Shown in pieces: positions 46,265 through 60,000 of a DNA stretch of 64,000 nucleotides. The notes under the pieces are model-generated. The model worked only from the letters and a program-made list of their open reading frames with translations. It did no database searches and had not been told where the DNA came from. Source of the stretch: Lytechinus pictus (taxonomy: Eukaryota); contig NC_087245.1 in the NCBI RefSeq assembly GCF_037042905.1, positions 33,730,001-33,794,000 on the forward strand, in the 5' to 3' direction. Made by a program: the position numbers and the translations under genes. Every line of letters begins with the position of its first letter. Position 1 is the stretch's first letter.

Positions 46265-48400
46265 CTGCAGAGAATTAGAATTTGTTCATAGAATAACATC
46301 AACAAATGTTATTCAAAAAAGATGGTTCATGAACCACATTCTTGCCTGATTTTTTTCAATCAAAATATGCGAAATTATCTTTTTACGCATAGATGGCCTC
46401 TAACTTAATGATCCTCATGAATACACTTGTATTACCCAATAATTATCTGTACCAACTCTCATCAAAATTGAACTAGAGACAAAGAAATTAGAGCAAGTTT
46501 ATACAACCTTTTGACCCCTAGATGACCTTTGACCCCATCACACTCATGAACACACATGTGGTATATACCCAGGATCATATGTACCAAGTGTGAACATAAT
46601 TGATGCACAAATAAAGAAATGAGAACGAGTTGAACAAACACTGACCTTTTGACCCCTAGATGACTTTTGACCCCATCACACTCATATGTGTTATTACCCA
46701 AGGATCACATGTACCTAGTGTGAAGATAATTTATGCACAAATAAAGAAATGAGAACAAGTTTAACAAAACCTTGACCTTTTGACCCTGGATGACATTTGA
46801 CCCCATCATCGTCAACAATACACATGTGGTATTACCATGCAAGGATCATTTAAACCAAGTGTGATAAAAAGTGATGCAGAAATGAATAAATGAGAGCAAG
46901 TTGAACAAAAACTTCAAAAAGGATGGACAGACCTCATTTGACCTTTTGACCCCTAGATGATCTTTGACCTCATCATTCTCATGGGTCTCACATGTAATAT
47001 TACCAAAGGGTCATATTTACCAAGTATATCATAACTGACGTAGAAATAAAGCAAAATGAACAAAAAACTAACAATTTTGTAACGACTAATACCGCTTTCA
47101 GTAACTCACGATTCTTCGGTCCGCACCAAGCCCACTAAAATAGTCTGCACCACGTAATAAAAAAATGCGTTCAGCAACTATAGCAGAGCCGCGCTACCTT
47201 TACGATCACCCATTCTAAAACTCGGCACATAAGGGGTAACTGTCAACACGCCATTTATCTATTTGACATTTTCTGAACCTAGAAATGTTCTGATTATTTT
47301 TTTTTCTTGATTCGTCTTCGCATGGGGTCCTAGAACAAGCTCAGCTTGGTAGCTCAAATGCCAACTTTGGGCAATTTTTGTAGTTTGCATAAATCCTAAA
47401 TGGCCGCCAGATGCAATCTTGAAAACTTAACTTTCGAACCCCTTGCCCCAGCATGATGAGGGATGCCTCTTTTTAGGGGTTCTGTAGTGTGTAGAATAAA
47501 TTTCTATTACTGTTTTCGCAATATAAGGTTATATTCAGGTCAAATCCAAGATGGTCGCCAGACGTACGCCATCTTGAAAATTGTCTTTTGAAACCTTTGC
47601 CCCAGAATCATGAATGATACCTCTTTGTATGTATGAGTTATTTGGTGTGTTGATTCAATTGCTGTTCTTGATTGTGCAATATATAGGATCATCTTAAGAT
47701 CAAATCCAAAATCCAAACAATTTACTATCCGAGTGTATTAGCTCATATAAGGATTTTTTTGGTAAGAATGATTATGGTTGCCAGATTTCGTCATTAAGCG
47801 CTCATATTCAAATGAAACCTCTATAGGTCTGCATGGGCTATGGTAAATTTTTGGTGATTTTATCAACGTTTTCTGTCCATCCATACTTTTTTAGGCACTA
47901 CTGAATAGACCTCAAATTATTATTTGAATTAAAAAGTGTTTTATCGATATTTTTCAGAAATCAAAGTGTCCAATGATAGGTATAGGCATACGTTCGTCTC
48001 GAAAGACGATGGTGTACCGCTATAAAGGTCTTACACATTTTTAGAGTAGTTGTAGAGCCCCACTCTAGAGTGGCAATCTCTGGCAGATGAATGAGGATGG
48101 CGCTGAGATAGGTTTAGATAGGGATGCTGCCCCGCCTTCCTCCTAGCTCTTTCTGTTTATAGTTCTGCCATCTTGACACCTACAACAAGAGTAACTCTCC
48201 ATAGATACTACAATGAGCTACATCTTCCCAAGTGTTAAGTTCTATGGCGGCAGGTTTCATGTCACGTTTGCAAGTGCCTCTATAACGGAGGTGTGGTCTA
48301 CCGATGGCGAGACCCATCACGCAGCTCATATTACAGCATGTCTTCTGGGATACGCCCAGGGTTCATGCGGCGAACAAGCCCCCAACCAATTGATCTTAGG

Positions 48401-49818
48401 CAGGCGCGTAGCCAGGGGGGGCGGTGGGGGCGGTCGCCCCCCCCCCCAAAACGTCCCCAAAAAGAAAAAAAAAAGGGAAAAAGAGGAAAAAAGGAAAAGG
48501 GAAGGGAGGAAAGGGAAGAAAGGTAGCTTTGTCGGTTTTTTTTTTCTTTTTATTCTTTATTTTTTTTCTCAAAAGAGAAACTCCTTCACTCTTGCTTTCA
48601 ATTTATATATGAATTTTGCTTCCGCGCTGCGCGCGGTTAAATGACAATATTGAAGTTCTCCATTGTTTCCCCCACCCTTTCTCTAACTCTGCTTTTCCAC
48701 CTCAGCTATATGTGTTTGTTGCCAGTTAAAGTTCAAATGTATAGATTAGGGCATGGAATTAGAGTAAGGTTAGGCCGAAGTATATGAAGTTATCTTTTTT
48801 TTTATTGATCGCGCAACTTCTGGTCGGGTCGGCTCCGGCGGGTAAAATCTTTATATCAATTTCTGCCGTCACCTCCATAAAGTCAACTTCTCCCGCTTTT
48901 CAGGTCATTACTAAACAACCATAATTTGGGGCAAACAGGTTCCTAATTGAAGAGGAATGTATAAAATTCGTGTCGTATTAAATAAAAAAGTACAATATTT
49001 TTTTTCAAATTCTATTAATCTTCATGTTATTTCCCTGCACATTCATCTCCTGTCCTGTTTTGCGCCCTCAGTTTGAAATTTTGAATGACACTTAGGTTTC
49101 TTTATAATTAAAAATGAAGCGCTTCAGGATAAGTCAAAGAAATTAGGCATCCTTTTTTATATTATTTTAATAAATCACAGAAGTTTCAACTTTTTGCGCA
49201 CTATTTTCCTTGTAATGAAGTTCAATAATCTTAGGAAATCAATTGAATTAGAGCCGATGGGGTATTAGATATATCTGCATTTGATGAAACGTCCGCCCTT
49301 TGAAATTTCAGAGTTTTATTGCTCTGCGCGGGGAGGAATATCTTCCTCCCGGCATATACACTTCTTCTCCTCTGTTTTGCGAGTTAAAGATATGCACTGT
49401 CGCTAAATTGTTTGTAATCAAATCTGATATTTCCAAGGAAGTATTCAATATATCTTTGAGAATACCCTTTTCTCGGGACCCTTTTCATGGCAAAAAAAAT
49501 TGATAAAACGCTTTAGCTTCCGCGCTTCGCGCGGGGTTATAATTTCCTCCATTGTATTCCTTTTTGTGCGTTCACAATCACTTTTAAAAACAAGTTCAAA
49601 ATCACAATAAAGTCAACTGAATTGGAGCTGATATAGGTACTAGAGACAAGAGAGACGGTTCCTTTTCATTTTAATTTATGAAACACCAAAAGCTTCGCGC
49701 GGGAGGGGGAAACTCCCCCTCCCTGCACCCACCCCCTAGGGAGCGCGCTCTGTAAGTGTTGGCACGCTTCGCGTGCATTTACCGCCCCCTCCAAAATGAA
49801 ATCCTGGCTACGCGGTTG
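48401..49818. mobile_element. hAT-type non-autonomous element inserted in the LINE
   Basis: 8-bp TSD ATCTTAGG (48393-48400 / 49819-49826); TIR caggcgcgtagccag / ctggctacgcggttg. Confidence 0.9.
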
Positions 49819-51042
49819 ATCTTAGGTGCCTTTGACTAAGGAGTGAGAATAAGCTGATGACACCAGCTCGCTGAATGACCGCTATAGGCCTATTTGTCAC
49901 TCTGTCCTGTCACTTAATGTGCTGGAGACGTTTGCGGTAGCTGAAATGGAAGGTGTTTAGCTGATTTTCCTAACTGACGTACGTTGTCCAGGACTCACTT
50001 CCGTACAAGATGATGCTCAAGGGACACTGTTCCGCTGAGTGCACAGTTTGGTATTCTGGGTCAGCTGGTTGTTGCTAAAAACGCGTTTATTAAACTTGGC
50101 CATGACTTTGGCAGATTTCACTGTCTTGGTGCTTATCTCTTTGTCCAGTGAGAGGAAGCTGGAGAAAATGGTGAAGGAGTCCACCACCTTTAGACGAGTG
50201 CTGTTGGTAGAGATATCTGGGGGAGAGTCACAGGGACCTGAAAAGCGGGGGTGCTGAAGCACCCCCAGAAATTTTCATGGGGGTGCTGCGTGTATTATCT
50301 TCCATAGGCAGCACCCCCTACGAAATCAGGTTCCTCCTGAATTTTTTTTAAATATGTTATAATGTACATAATTATCACATCCGACAATCGCAAATAATTT
50401 ACATAGTCTTTCACATATTCCAATAGCATCCCTCCTATAACGCGACTCAATCAAGCTCCGGCACTCCGATACAAACGTGGTCGCGCGCGATACGTGATAA
50501 CTATAGTTTACACACTACTCGTTAGCAGGAGGGACATATGGGATATGGGTGTGGTTGGACTTGAAATTGAACTTCCAGGTTTTATGTCGAGTCAAGTGTG
50601 CGCGCGCCCGACCGCCCGTGTTTTGCATAAACAATTACAAGTCAGACAGTAGAAATCAAATTTCACAGTCTTTTTCACCCTGCCCCATGGCCCTGGGTAG
50701 CGGGGTGCTGGGGGTGAAGCACCCCCAAAATTTGGGGGTGCTGCATGTGTTATTTTCCATAGGCAGCACCTGGAAATCTAGTGGTAGGTATAATAGATGA
50801 CAGAAATATAATGAAAATGAACGATGTTTTGTAGACCCCCCCCCCCCCCACTACAGAATTTTCCGACATAGTACTTAAAATATTGTTTAAATTCACCATT
50901 TTTTCAGATCGGAATATCAAATATTTTCTGCTCGCGCGTCGCGATCGCATTATTGATTGTTATAATAAAAAAAATGTATTTAGAATGCCCAGATACTGGG
51001 TCTAACTCTAAACACGCGCACGCATGTTTATTCAGATAGGAG

Positions 51043-53249
51043 GGCTTATTATAATCACTCGGGTCGCGTTCGCGTTCGAAATCACTCGGGTCGCGTTCGT
51101 AATCACTCGGGTTTTGGATTTTTGGCGATTTTTTTTATTTCGATGCGATTTGATGTCTTCAATGGGACAAACACGCTGGGAAAATGAAATTAAATTGAAA
51201 TTCTAGTTTCGTGTTAAGCTGACAAGTGCCTCAAATAAAATGCACCCGCCTACTGCTTAACATAACAAACAAGCAAATCAGCCATGTGGCTCAACTATCC
51301 TAGAATACATCCAGACTTCTACTATTTTTATACGAGGACTCCGAGTCGGAACTTGCCATATCTGCCACATCGATATGACATCGCAGGGGCCGCGGAACAG
51401 TTTTCAAAGTGGGGGGGCTGAGCCAAAAGTGGGGGGGGGGGGCTGACCATGCAAAAAATCACAATCATATGGTAATTTTTACGTTTTTGTACACGGTTTT
51501 GGAAAAAAGTGGGGGGGCTGAAGCCCCCTCAGCCCCCCCCCCACTTCCGCGGCCCCTGCATCGTCATTCCCATGTGCGGACATGCATGCCTGCATGCAAT
51601 GGCCCCAAGGCGGAACCCGGCCACGGTTGGACACGGCGTGCATCGGTAGCATGGAGCAAGGTAACGTGAGTCGAGCCGAGTTAGATCCCACGTTACAGTG
51701 CCAGTCAGTCCGCAGCTCGTCCAAAAGTATTTAATTCAGCGGTATGCATAGCCAGCCATCCGTGGTTTAATGCATATATACGTAATTAGACCAAGAGCTT
51801 CGGTCTCTGCAATGTACGTTGTTCCGCTAAACTCCGTTAGCTCCACTCACCAATACAGAGACGGAAGTTCTAGCTCGATCTGTACAGGGACTCAATGGCC
51901 ATATGTTATGCATTAAGTTCCAATAAAACGGGGAAGTGAAGTTGCGCGACAGCCGAAGCAATTAGTTACTGTTGTTTCCCCTTTTAAGTTTATTTTCCCT
52001 TTTTTTGGTGCATTTTAGGACAAAACGGAATAATAATCTTTATTTGATACAGTTCTTTTCATATATTTTTATGAAATAAAGACAAAAATCGATGAGCGCC
52101 GTCTGGGGGATTTTGCATTGTTAACCCCGTAATGATGGTTGCACCATAGCGAGCCGTCTGTGTACGAGGAGAAATAAAAATGTTAAAAAACTCGAAACAG
52201 ACGGCTGCCAGCTGTCTAATACGTAATGAACTTTGAGGACGATCTTTCCGATAGGCGTTTAAAAATTCTGCTCTTAATTACTGTCCATTTCTCATAAAAT
52301 TTGTCTTATTTTATAGATAAAATGGCCATATCATGTTTTAAGTAACTGGAGACTTAAAAATTTCCCTACCTAAATTCTCGAAACATTGCATTAGGTGATG
52401 TGCTTAATTGATCTTCTTTGTGCTCGCGTGCCAAACGTATACGTTGAGCTGAACGGGGATCAGTCTTTCTCTCTCTCTGTCTCTCCTACCTTTCCGAAAT
52501 TAAAACGGTCCCTCGATCGGACATAGTTATTTAGACGCAGGACAAATAATGCTCTGACAACCAAACTAACTTTTCGTCAGCATCAGTAAAAATGTGAATG
52601 GGCTTTTAAAAACTAATACTAAAACTGATCTAAAATTGATCTTAGATCGATCTTAAAATTGATTTTGGAAATCGATTTTAAATTAATTTTAAAATCGTAA
52701 TTGTACCTGTTCTAATTAACCGATTTTAAAATCGGCTCCCGATTTTACCACAATCGGCGATCACCTGCCAATCTTCGATCATGCCCCTTGAAGGGAAAAT
52801 CGGATATAAAATATCGGCGTAGATCACGTTACCTTGCTCCATGCTACCGATGCACGCTGTGTCCGACCGTGGCCGGGTCCCGCCTTGGGGCCATTGCATG
52901 CAGGCATGCATGTCCGCACATGGGAATGATGATGTAATATCGATGTGGCAGATATGGCAAGTTCCGACTCGGAGTCCTCGTATAAAAACAGTAGAAGTCT
53001 GGATGTATTCTAGGATAGTTGAGCCACATGGCTGATTTGCTTGTTTGTTATGTTAAGCAGTAGGCGAGTGCATTTTATTTAAAGCACTTGCCGGCTTAAC
53101 ACGAAACTAGAATTTCAATTTCATTTCATTTTCCCAGCGTGTTTGTCCCATTGAAGACATCAAATCGCATCGAAATAAAAAAAATCGCCAAAAATCCAAA
53201 ACCCGAGTGATTTCGAACGCGAACGCGACCCGAGTGATTATAATAAGCC
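51043..53249. mobile_element. Foldback/long-TIR element (arms 51043-51669 and 52824-53249, ~430 bp near identity)
   Basis: ggcttattataatcactcgggtcgcgttc...ggagcaaggtaacgtga is inverted at 52824-53249; no TSD visible. Confidence 0.85.
51384..51558. mobile_element. 175-bp MITE with 5-bp TSD inside the left foldback arm
   Basis: CATCG|CAGGGGCCGCGGAA ... TTCCGCGGCCCCTG|CATCG; absent from the right arm. Confidence 0.88.
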
Positions 53250-53431
53250 ACGCAGCTTGTTTTGGGGGTACTCCGGGCTAAAAATATTTATATCAAATAC
53301 ATTTTATCAAAATAAATAAATTTTATGAAAATCTGATAACAAATAGTTAAGTTATTTAATTCTAAAGTTTAGCAATATTTTATGAAAATGGTGATATGCA
53401 TGTCGTCATGAATATTTAATAGGTGGGTTGA

Positions 53432-53764
53432 CATAGACGGAAATCTGTCTCCAAAGGTAGGGGGGACCAGGGCCTGGAAAATTTGACAAGCAAAAAAAAA
53501 AAGGTTATCACCCTAAATGTAAGGTCATTTTAACCCTAACAAAATTTGACAAGCCCCCCCCCCCCCAAAAAAAAAAAAAAAAAAGGTTTTCACCCAACAT
53601 GTAAGGTCATTTAGTCCAAAATACATGTATTTTGATTGTGAAGTGATGTATTTTTCTCCATCATGAAAGACCAAAAATAGTAGGGGGACATCTGACATTG
53701 TGTCCCCTACTATTTTTGGTAGGGGGGACACGTCCCCCTGTCCCCTCTGGGATTTCCGCCCATG
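53432..53764. mobile_element. hAT-type MITE
   Basis: 8-bp TSD TGGGTTGA; TIR catagacggaaatc / gatttccgcccatg. Confidence 0.85.
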
Positions 53765-56700
53765 TGGGTTGAAGATGTCACATCCCCACTATCCTGTTTC
53801 TTGTTTAATTACATAAAAATTGTTTTAATTGTTTCATACCAGTGTGAATGATATGTCTCCCTTATAATGAAATAAGTTGCAACAAAGAATATCTAATGGA
53901 CTAAATCAGTTGTCAATTCAACTGTTTTTGGTTCTTGAAGGGAAAGTATTGAATAAAACTAACTTTATATGATAAAATACAAAAGAACAAGTGGGGATAT
54001 GACAGCATCAGTTTGCTCAATGAATATTAATGAAGACATGCATAAAACTGTTTTCACCGGAATAATGCTAACGTGGCGCTCAAAGAGTTAAGGAATCGAA
54101 TGGGAGGCTTATGCAGTATGTGAACCAGGCCAATACCTTCAATACTATCATGATTAAGTCACACTCAAGTTACAGATGGCAGGCATGAACAAGTAGGTTG
54201 TTGGATTTGGTGTTCTGCAATGTTGCCTCATACTCCGGGATGTGATATAGAATGGCTGCAGCAGTGTATGCCATAAGAGCAAATCGGCGTTCATTGAAGA
54301 GGCTGTTCTTCTTGTTTTGCCTGCAGATGCAACCTCACACTCGAAGGTCTCCCACATGGATGACTTGTGTCCGGCATAACTTACTAGTTATGTCAGTGCC
54401 TGTAATGCTGCTATGACCACACTCTTCTTGAGGAAGAATTTCAGGGCATGTATGCAATTAACTTTTCACGAAGCCCTAACTTGACTTCATGCAGAACAAG
54501 GGTAGAGATATTACTTGCATCAAATACCTCACATGTGTGGCTCACAGACAACAAGTGTAGAAGGATGTGCTGACTGTTAAGGGATGCTGATATTTTATGC
54601 TTGTAGTAATGAGTAGATCGAGTGGTAATAGTGATACATGTACATTACATGCGATGATGAAGGGAGCTGTGCTGTAACTACTTGTCCATACTTTCAAACA
54701 AAGCAAAGTGGATATAAGATTTGGGATAATGGGCATGAGACAAGAAGGGAAAAAAGGAAGGCTTAAACTGTTGATTGTGATGCACACGTCATCTATAAGA
54801 ATCAATATTGTAAGAATTCGCATAAATTGGAGAAAATAAGTAGAAATTTGATTAAATAATAATATAACATGAATATTAACACTAATATATGAAAATGAAT
54901 ACTATAAATGGGTTCAGTGACCCCCAAAACATAGGTTTAGGCACCAAAACTAGGCTAAGGGATGAAAAAATGACTGAGTTATGGCCAAAAACATGTTTTT
55001 TTTGGCAATCCGGCGGCCATCTTGGATTTTCGGGTTTTTCGGCCAGGGCACCCTGGATTTCGCATTTTTTTCATTTTTTTTTCTGATTATGGTGTCAGTG
55101 TGCACTAATTCATCAAACTAAGGTGTGATGAGCATGTTCTGAAAATGTCACCCTCTATAGCCCACCTCTATTGAGATGTCCCGTTTTTAGGTCTGAAATT
55201 TCATTTTTATTTCAGCTCGCATCAATTGTATAGTTATACACCTATCCTCTTCATGATTAGAAAAGTGCTTAGAATGTCTCGTTTTTTAGTATGAAATCTC
55301 AATTTTGTTTCTGCTCGCGCTTCGCTCTCGCATCGATTGTATAGTTATAGTTATATATCCTGTTCATGATAACAAAAAGTGCTTAGAATGTCCAGTATTT
55401 AGGTCGGAATGTCAATTTTTTTATTAATAGGAAAACTAGGAATTACAAGCTCTGCTTTTTAATAGTTTGCCCTTCATATCCTCATCTAATTGATATATCT
55501 GTCTCCAATCCGAACGTAATTCAGTTGTATAACATTTGTCTTATTTATTATTATGAATAATGGTGATGTATTGTATTATTTTATTATTAATGATTTACTG
55601 TCTTTCGATGGACGTTACATCAGCACAAAATACATTAAATCCATTTAAATACATTTAAAAAAATAGCTCGCGCTTCGCGCTCGAGTTATCTAATTATGTA
55701 TCTATGTTATTTTATAAGAAGAAAGCTAAAAAGTGACTGTCATATATATATATGTGTGTGTGTATGTTGGTTGGTGGGTGTGTGTGTGGTGCCCTTAGAG
55801 GTGTGTGTGTAATTATGGAAAACTCACTTGTGCCCCCCCCCCCACCTCTGAGGAGAGATTTCAGCACCCCACTGACAAAATCGTTCCCAGGTCCCTGGAG
55901 AGTCAGTGCCCGGAGCCAGTGCCTTGAGTCAGGATTTCTGTCTCCTTCGGGTTAATGATTAATCCAAACTCATTACATGTACTACAAGACATAAGCCTGA
56001 CTAGGGCTTGCAGTCCTGCTTCTGCGTTAGAGGCAAGGGTGGCGTCATCGGCGTACATCTCACTAAATGAGAACCTTCCTGGCCATTGTTCTGGCACGGA
56101 GTTGGGCAATATTGAAGAGTTTCCCATCTACTAGGGTAAAAAATAGCTGCCTTCTGTGCAATCGCCAAATGCATACTGGAGAAGAATGGATGATATCCCA
56201 AAGAGTTTCAGCCTTGCTTCACGGCAATATGATCTAAGGGAAGGCATCAGATGTTGCAGCGTTGTAGCAAACTGTGCTGTGCATGTCCTCATTTAATGAT
56301 ATGACCATCTGTAACAGTCTTGATCGGGACAGCCTTTCTTCTGCAGGAGACTCAATATTCATTTCCTGACCAAATCAAATGCTTTTGTCAGGTCTAAAAG
56401 TCCAATGATAGAAAGGAAGGTAATTAAGAAATTAAAATACACCATATTCCTACCTTATTCGAGTTTTCGTCTTAGTTCTAGAAAGTTATTAATTCATTAG
56501 TTTATTATTTGAAATACAATAATGGCCGGATTCTATGTAACTAGTCGTATTGGTCCCCAGAATAGCCAGTAAACTGTGTCACAAAGTGAACAGGAATGTT
56601 AATCTCAGAAGCATTTTAAATAAAGGGAATAGGAGTCTCAGAAATCCGACCAATCCTAGCTAGCCCAAGGGAACAATAGGCTCTCAGGTTAGAGTGCTCT

Positions 56701-56899
56701 GGTGGAATATGAGAGGTATATGTTGTGAATGTTGTGTGCTGGGCAGTGATACATGGTACAATGAGCCATGCATGAATGCTTGCTGTATGTTGTATGGGCT
56801 TGCCACTCGGCAGAGCAGCTTTGACACTGGTCATAACCGGACCTATGCGCTGAGTGAGTGAATGAGGAGGGGTTGAGATGTGCAGCACCTAACTACTTA

Positions 56900-57060
56900 T
56901 ACCTCGGTCACATTTGCTCTACGGCGGCCGTACGGCGAGTCGAAAACAGCCGTTTTAACATTTTTCAACCAGCTAAATATAGGTGGTTTGAATAAATATG
57001 AATAAAACGGCTGTTTTCGACTCGCCGTACGGCCGCCGTAGAGCAAATGTGACCGAGTTA
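56900..57060. mobile_element. Hairpin MITE (~55-bp near-perfect arms)
   Basis: ctcggtcacatttgctctacggcggccgtacggcgagtcgaaaacagccgtttta and its exact reverse complement; TTA/TCA flanks. Confidence 0.85.
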
Positions 57061-60000
57061 TCACTTTTGGTTGGCATCGAAGTTGAATTCGGGCAAGACA
57101 GGCCAGGAGAAGACTGCTCTTAGCTCCACATCATGACTCTGAGACCAGTAAGTTATATTTTAGTAATATACATGTATCTCATGATTCATAAAAAAAAATT
57201 ATATGATATATACCACTCAGAATTTAGGGTGTGGCACCTGAACTAAACTCAAGATTCATTATGGGCAATTGTTTAAGTTTATATTTTGCTTATAGATAAC
57301 TGGAATTGATCATCGGATTAATTCATATTTTTGATCATTTGATGTATTTTATATTTTTGCTATACATGTATATATTTATATCCTTTTACCATAAAGAAGT
57401 CAATTGACCGGCTTAATTGGTTGATGTTCTGTATTAAAAATAAAAAAGAGATAACAATGTGCCCTGATCATAAGTAAGAACGGGCTCTACAGCAAATGTT
57501 TAGTTTTCCTTCTTAGATATTGGAAAATAGGGTGATTTAATTTATCAATTATTGTCTCGCCTGCATAACAGAGCGAGACTATACGCGCCGCTTTCCCGAC
57601 GGCGGCGTCGTCAACATTGAAATCTTAACCAAGGTTAAGTTTTTGAAATGTCATGATAACTTAGAAGGTATATAGACCTAGTTCATAAAACTTGGACATT
57701 AGGGTAATCAAGTATTACTGAACATCCTGCCTGAGTTTCAGGTCACATGACCACGGTCAAAGGTCATTTAGAGTCAATGAACTTAAACCATGTTGTGGGA
57801 CTCGGTCGAAATTTTAACCAAGGTTAAGTTTTTGAAATGTCATCATAACTTAGAAAGTATATGAACCTAGTTCATAAAACTTTAGACCGAAGGGTAATAG
57901 TGTATATCACTGAACATCCTGCCTGAGTTTTAGGTCACATGATTAAGGTCACGGTCAACAAACTTTGGCCATGTTGGGGTTATTTGAGGAATTGTCATCA
58001 TAACTTTAAAAGTTTAGAGATCTAGTTCATGATAAACTTGGACATGAGAGCAACCATGTATCCCTAAATACCATGTGCGAGTTTCAGGTCACATGACCAA
58101 GGTCAAAGGTCACTTGGGCTCAACGAACTTTGGCCATGGTGGGGTTATTTGAGGAATTGTCATCACAACTTTAAAAGTTTATGGATCTAGTTAATGAAAC
58201 TTGGCCATAGGAGCAACCATGTATCCCTGAATATCATGTGGGACTCGGTCGAAATCTTAACCAAGGTGAAGATTTTGAAATGTCATCATAACCTAGAAGG
58301 TATATGAACCTAGTTCATAAAACTTAGACATAAGGGTAATAGTGTATCACTGAACATCCTGCCTGAGTTTTAGGTCACATGATTAAAGTTACTTACGGTC
58401 AACGAACTTTGGCCATGTTGGGGTTATTTGAGGAATTGTCATAACTTTAAAAGTTTAGAGATCTAGTTCATGATAAACTTGGACACGAGAGCAACCATCT
58501 ATCCCTAAATATCATGTGCGAGTTTCAGATTTGAATATATATCAATGCATTGAATTTGATTTATTATTGTTGTGTAAATTCTTAGCCAACATATCTATAT
58601 AAGGAGAGGAGCATCTATCGCCAGACATTGCAAAACCGTGCATAGATCTGACAAACTGAGACACTCTAGGAGCACACAAAAAACTCATTTATGTATACCC
58701 CAACTAAGATTTTATTTCACAGTCCATCTCGAAGCACTCATTGGACACTCTTATTTAAAAAAAGTATATAGAGAAAACATTTTTGTCTCGCCCGAACGAA
58801 GTTCGGTCGAGACGTAGTAATCACTTTTCCTGTTGGTCCGTTAGTCTGTTCCAAAATGTTTAAGTTTCTGTTCAACTTGCTCTCATTTCATTATTTCTGC
58901 ATCAATTAAATTCATACTTGATACATATGATCCTTGGGTATACATCATATGTGTTCATGAAGGTTATGGGGTCAAAGGTCATCTATGGTCAAAAGGTCAA
59001 ATGATATGTGGTCGTGTCTGTTCTTAAAATGTTTTTTTTTTCAACTAACTTATTTCTTTATTTCTGCATCAATTATGTTGCCACTTGGTTCATATGATCC
59101 TTGGGTAATACCACATATGTGTCTATGAGGATGATGGGGGTCAAATGTCATCTAGAGGTCAAAAGGTCGACTATACAGAGCGGAAGTGCTTCGTATTTTT
59201 ACCTTTGAGAGGAATTTTGATTGGGGCCTAGTGTTGAGTACTATCGTTAAAAAACTGTTTGGTCAGCCCCTAGTGCGGGTCTGGCGCTGGCCTTGTGCTG
59301 ATAAAAGACGCACCCAAATAGCCCGCGCCATTCATAAACTCAAAATTTTACGACTTAGCCCGGGCCTGATCTAGACCAGCGAGTTACTGAAAGGGGTATA
59401 ACAGACTAACAGGAAAAGTGTTCACTTGGTCTCTGCCGAACTTGTTCAGGTGAGACAAAAATTGTCATTCGTTTCCTTTATCTTCCCCTTCTTCTTTTTA
59501 TTCTCCTCCATCACTCCTGTTTCTCATCTTTCTCTTCCTCTCCCCTCCTTCCCATTCTCCTCCTCCTACTTCTGCTTCTTCTTTCAATTCTCCTCTACCT
59601 CCTGCTCGTCCTCTTCCTCTCCCCCTCCTTTTTCTCCTTCTTCTTCTTCCTCTTCTTCTCTTGCGTTTTCCCTTTTCTTCTTCCTCTGGGAATGATGATG
59701 GTGATGATTATGATATTGATAATGGGCCCCCAACATATTGGCGCCCCTCATCATAATCCCAATTGTTGTTTCGCCAACCGGACGTTAACTCGATCGAGAA
59801 GGATACCGTTTTCCGTAACTTTTGTTGTTGTTTTTTACTCGCACCAAGCCCGCGCTAAAATTGTCCTTACCATTGCGTTCAGTAACTATTGCAGATCCGA
59901 CGCTAATTTCACGATCACCCATTAAAAAAGTCGGGCACGCGAGCCTGGCGTTGGTCTGGTGCTGATAAAAGCAGCGTAAAAAAGCCTGCGCCAATGATGG

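Larger units (their letters stand above)
50231..55897. mobile_element. hAT-type non-autonomous composite element (5.67 kb with nested insertions) inserted in the LINE
   Basis: 8-bp TSD GAGAGTCA (50223-50230 / 55898-55905); TIR CAGGGACCTG / CAGGTCCCTG; subterminal gcacccc repeats. Confidence 0.9.
47980..56410 (-). mobile_element. 5'-truncated RTE-clade LINE relic in three pieces (56410-55906, 50230-49819, 48400-47980)
   Basis: DLTKAFDLV, VKQG, EMYADDA..ASNAEAGLQ, LDKEIST...MAKFNKRVFSNNQLTQNTK, IILYGSESWTTY, RRMNPGRIPEDML, CKRDMK, RDCHSRVGLY; 3'UTR hairpin tcgtctttcgagacga. Confidence 0.88.

Noticed and set aside
50017..50262. 81-aa and 72-aa ORFs as host-gene exons
   Set aside because: The minus frame is RTE LINE sequence continuous with the YADD region across the hAT insertion.
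54100..54800. Possible CR1/L2 endonuclease relic
   Set aside because: Only faint, frameshifted resemblance; cannot be supported without BLASTx.
56616..57150. 90-aa minus ORF and a + strand GTAAGT donor at 57148
   Set aside because: No recognisable homology, interrupted by a MITE, and no compatible splice partners found.
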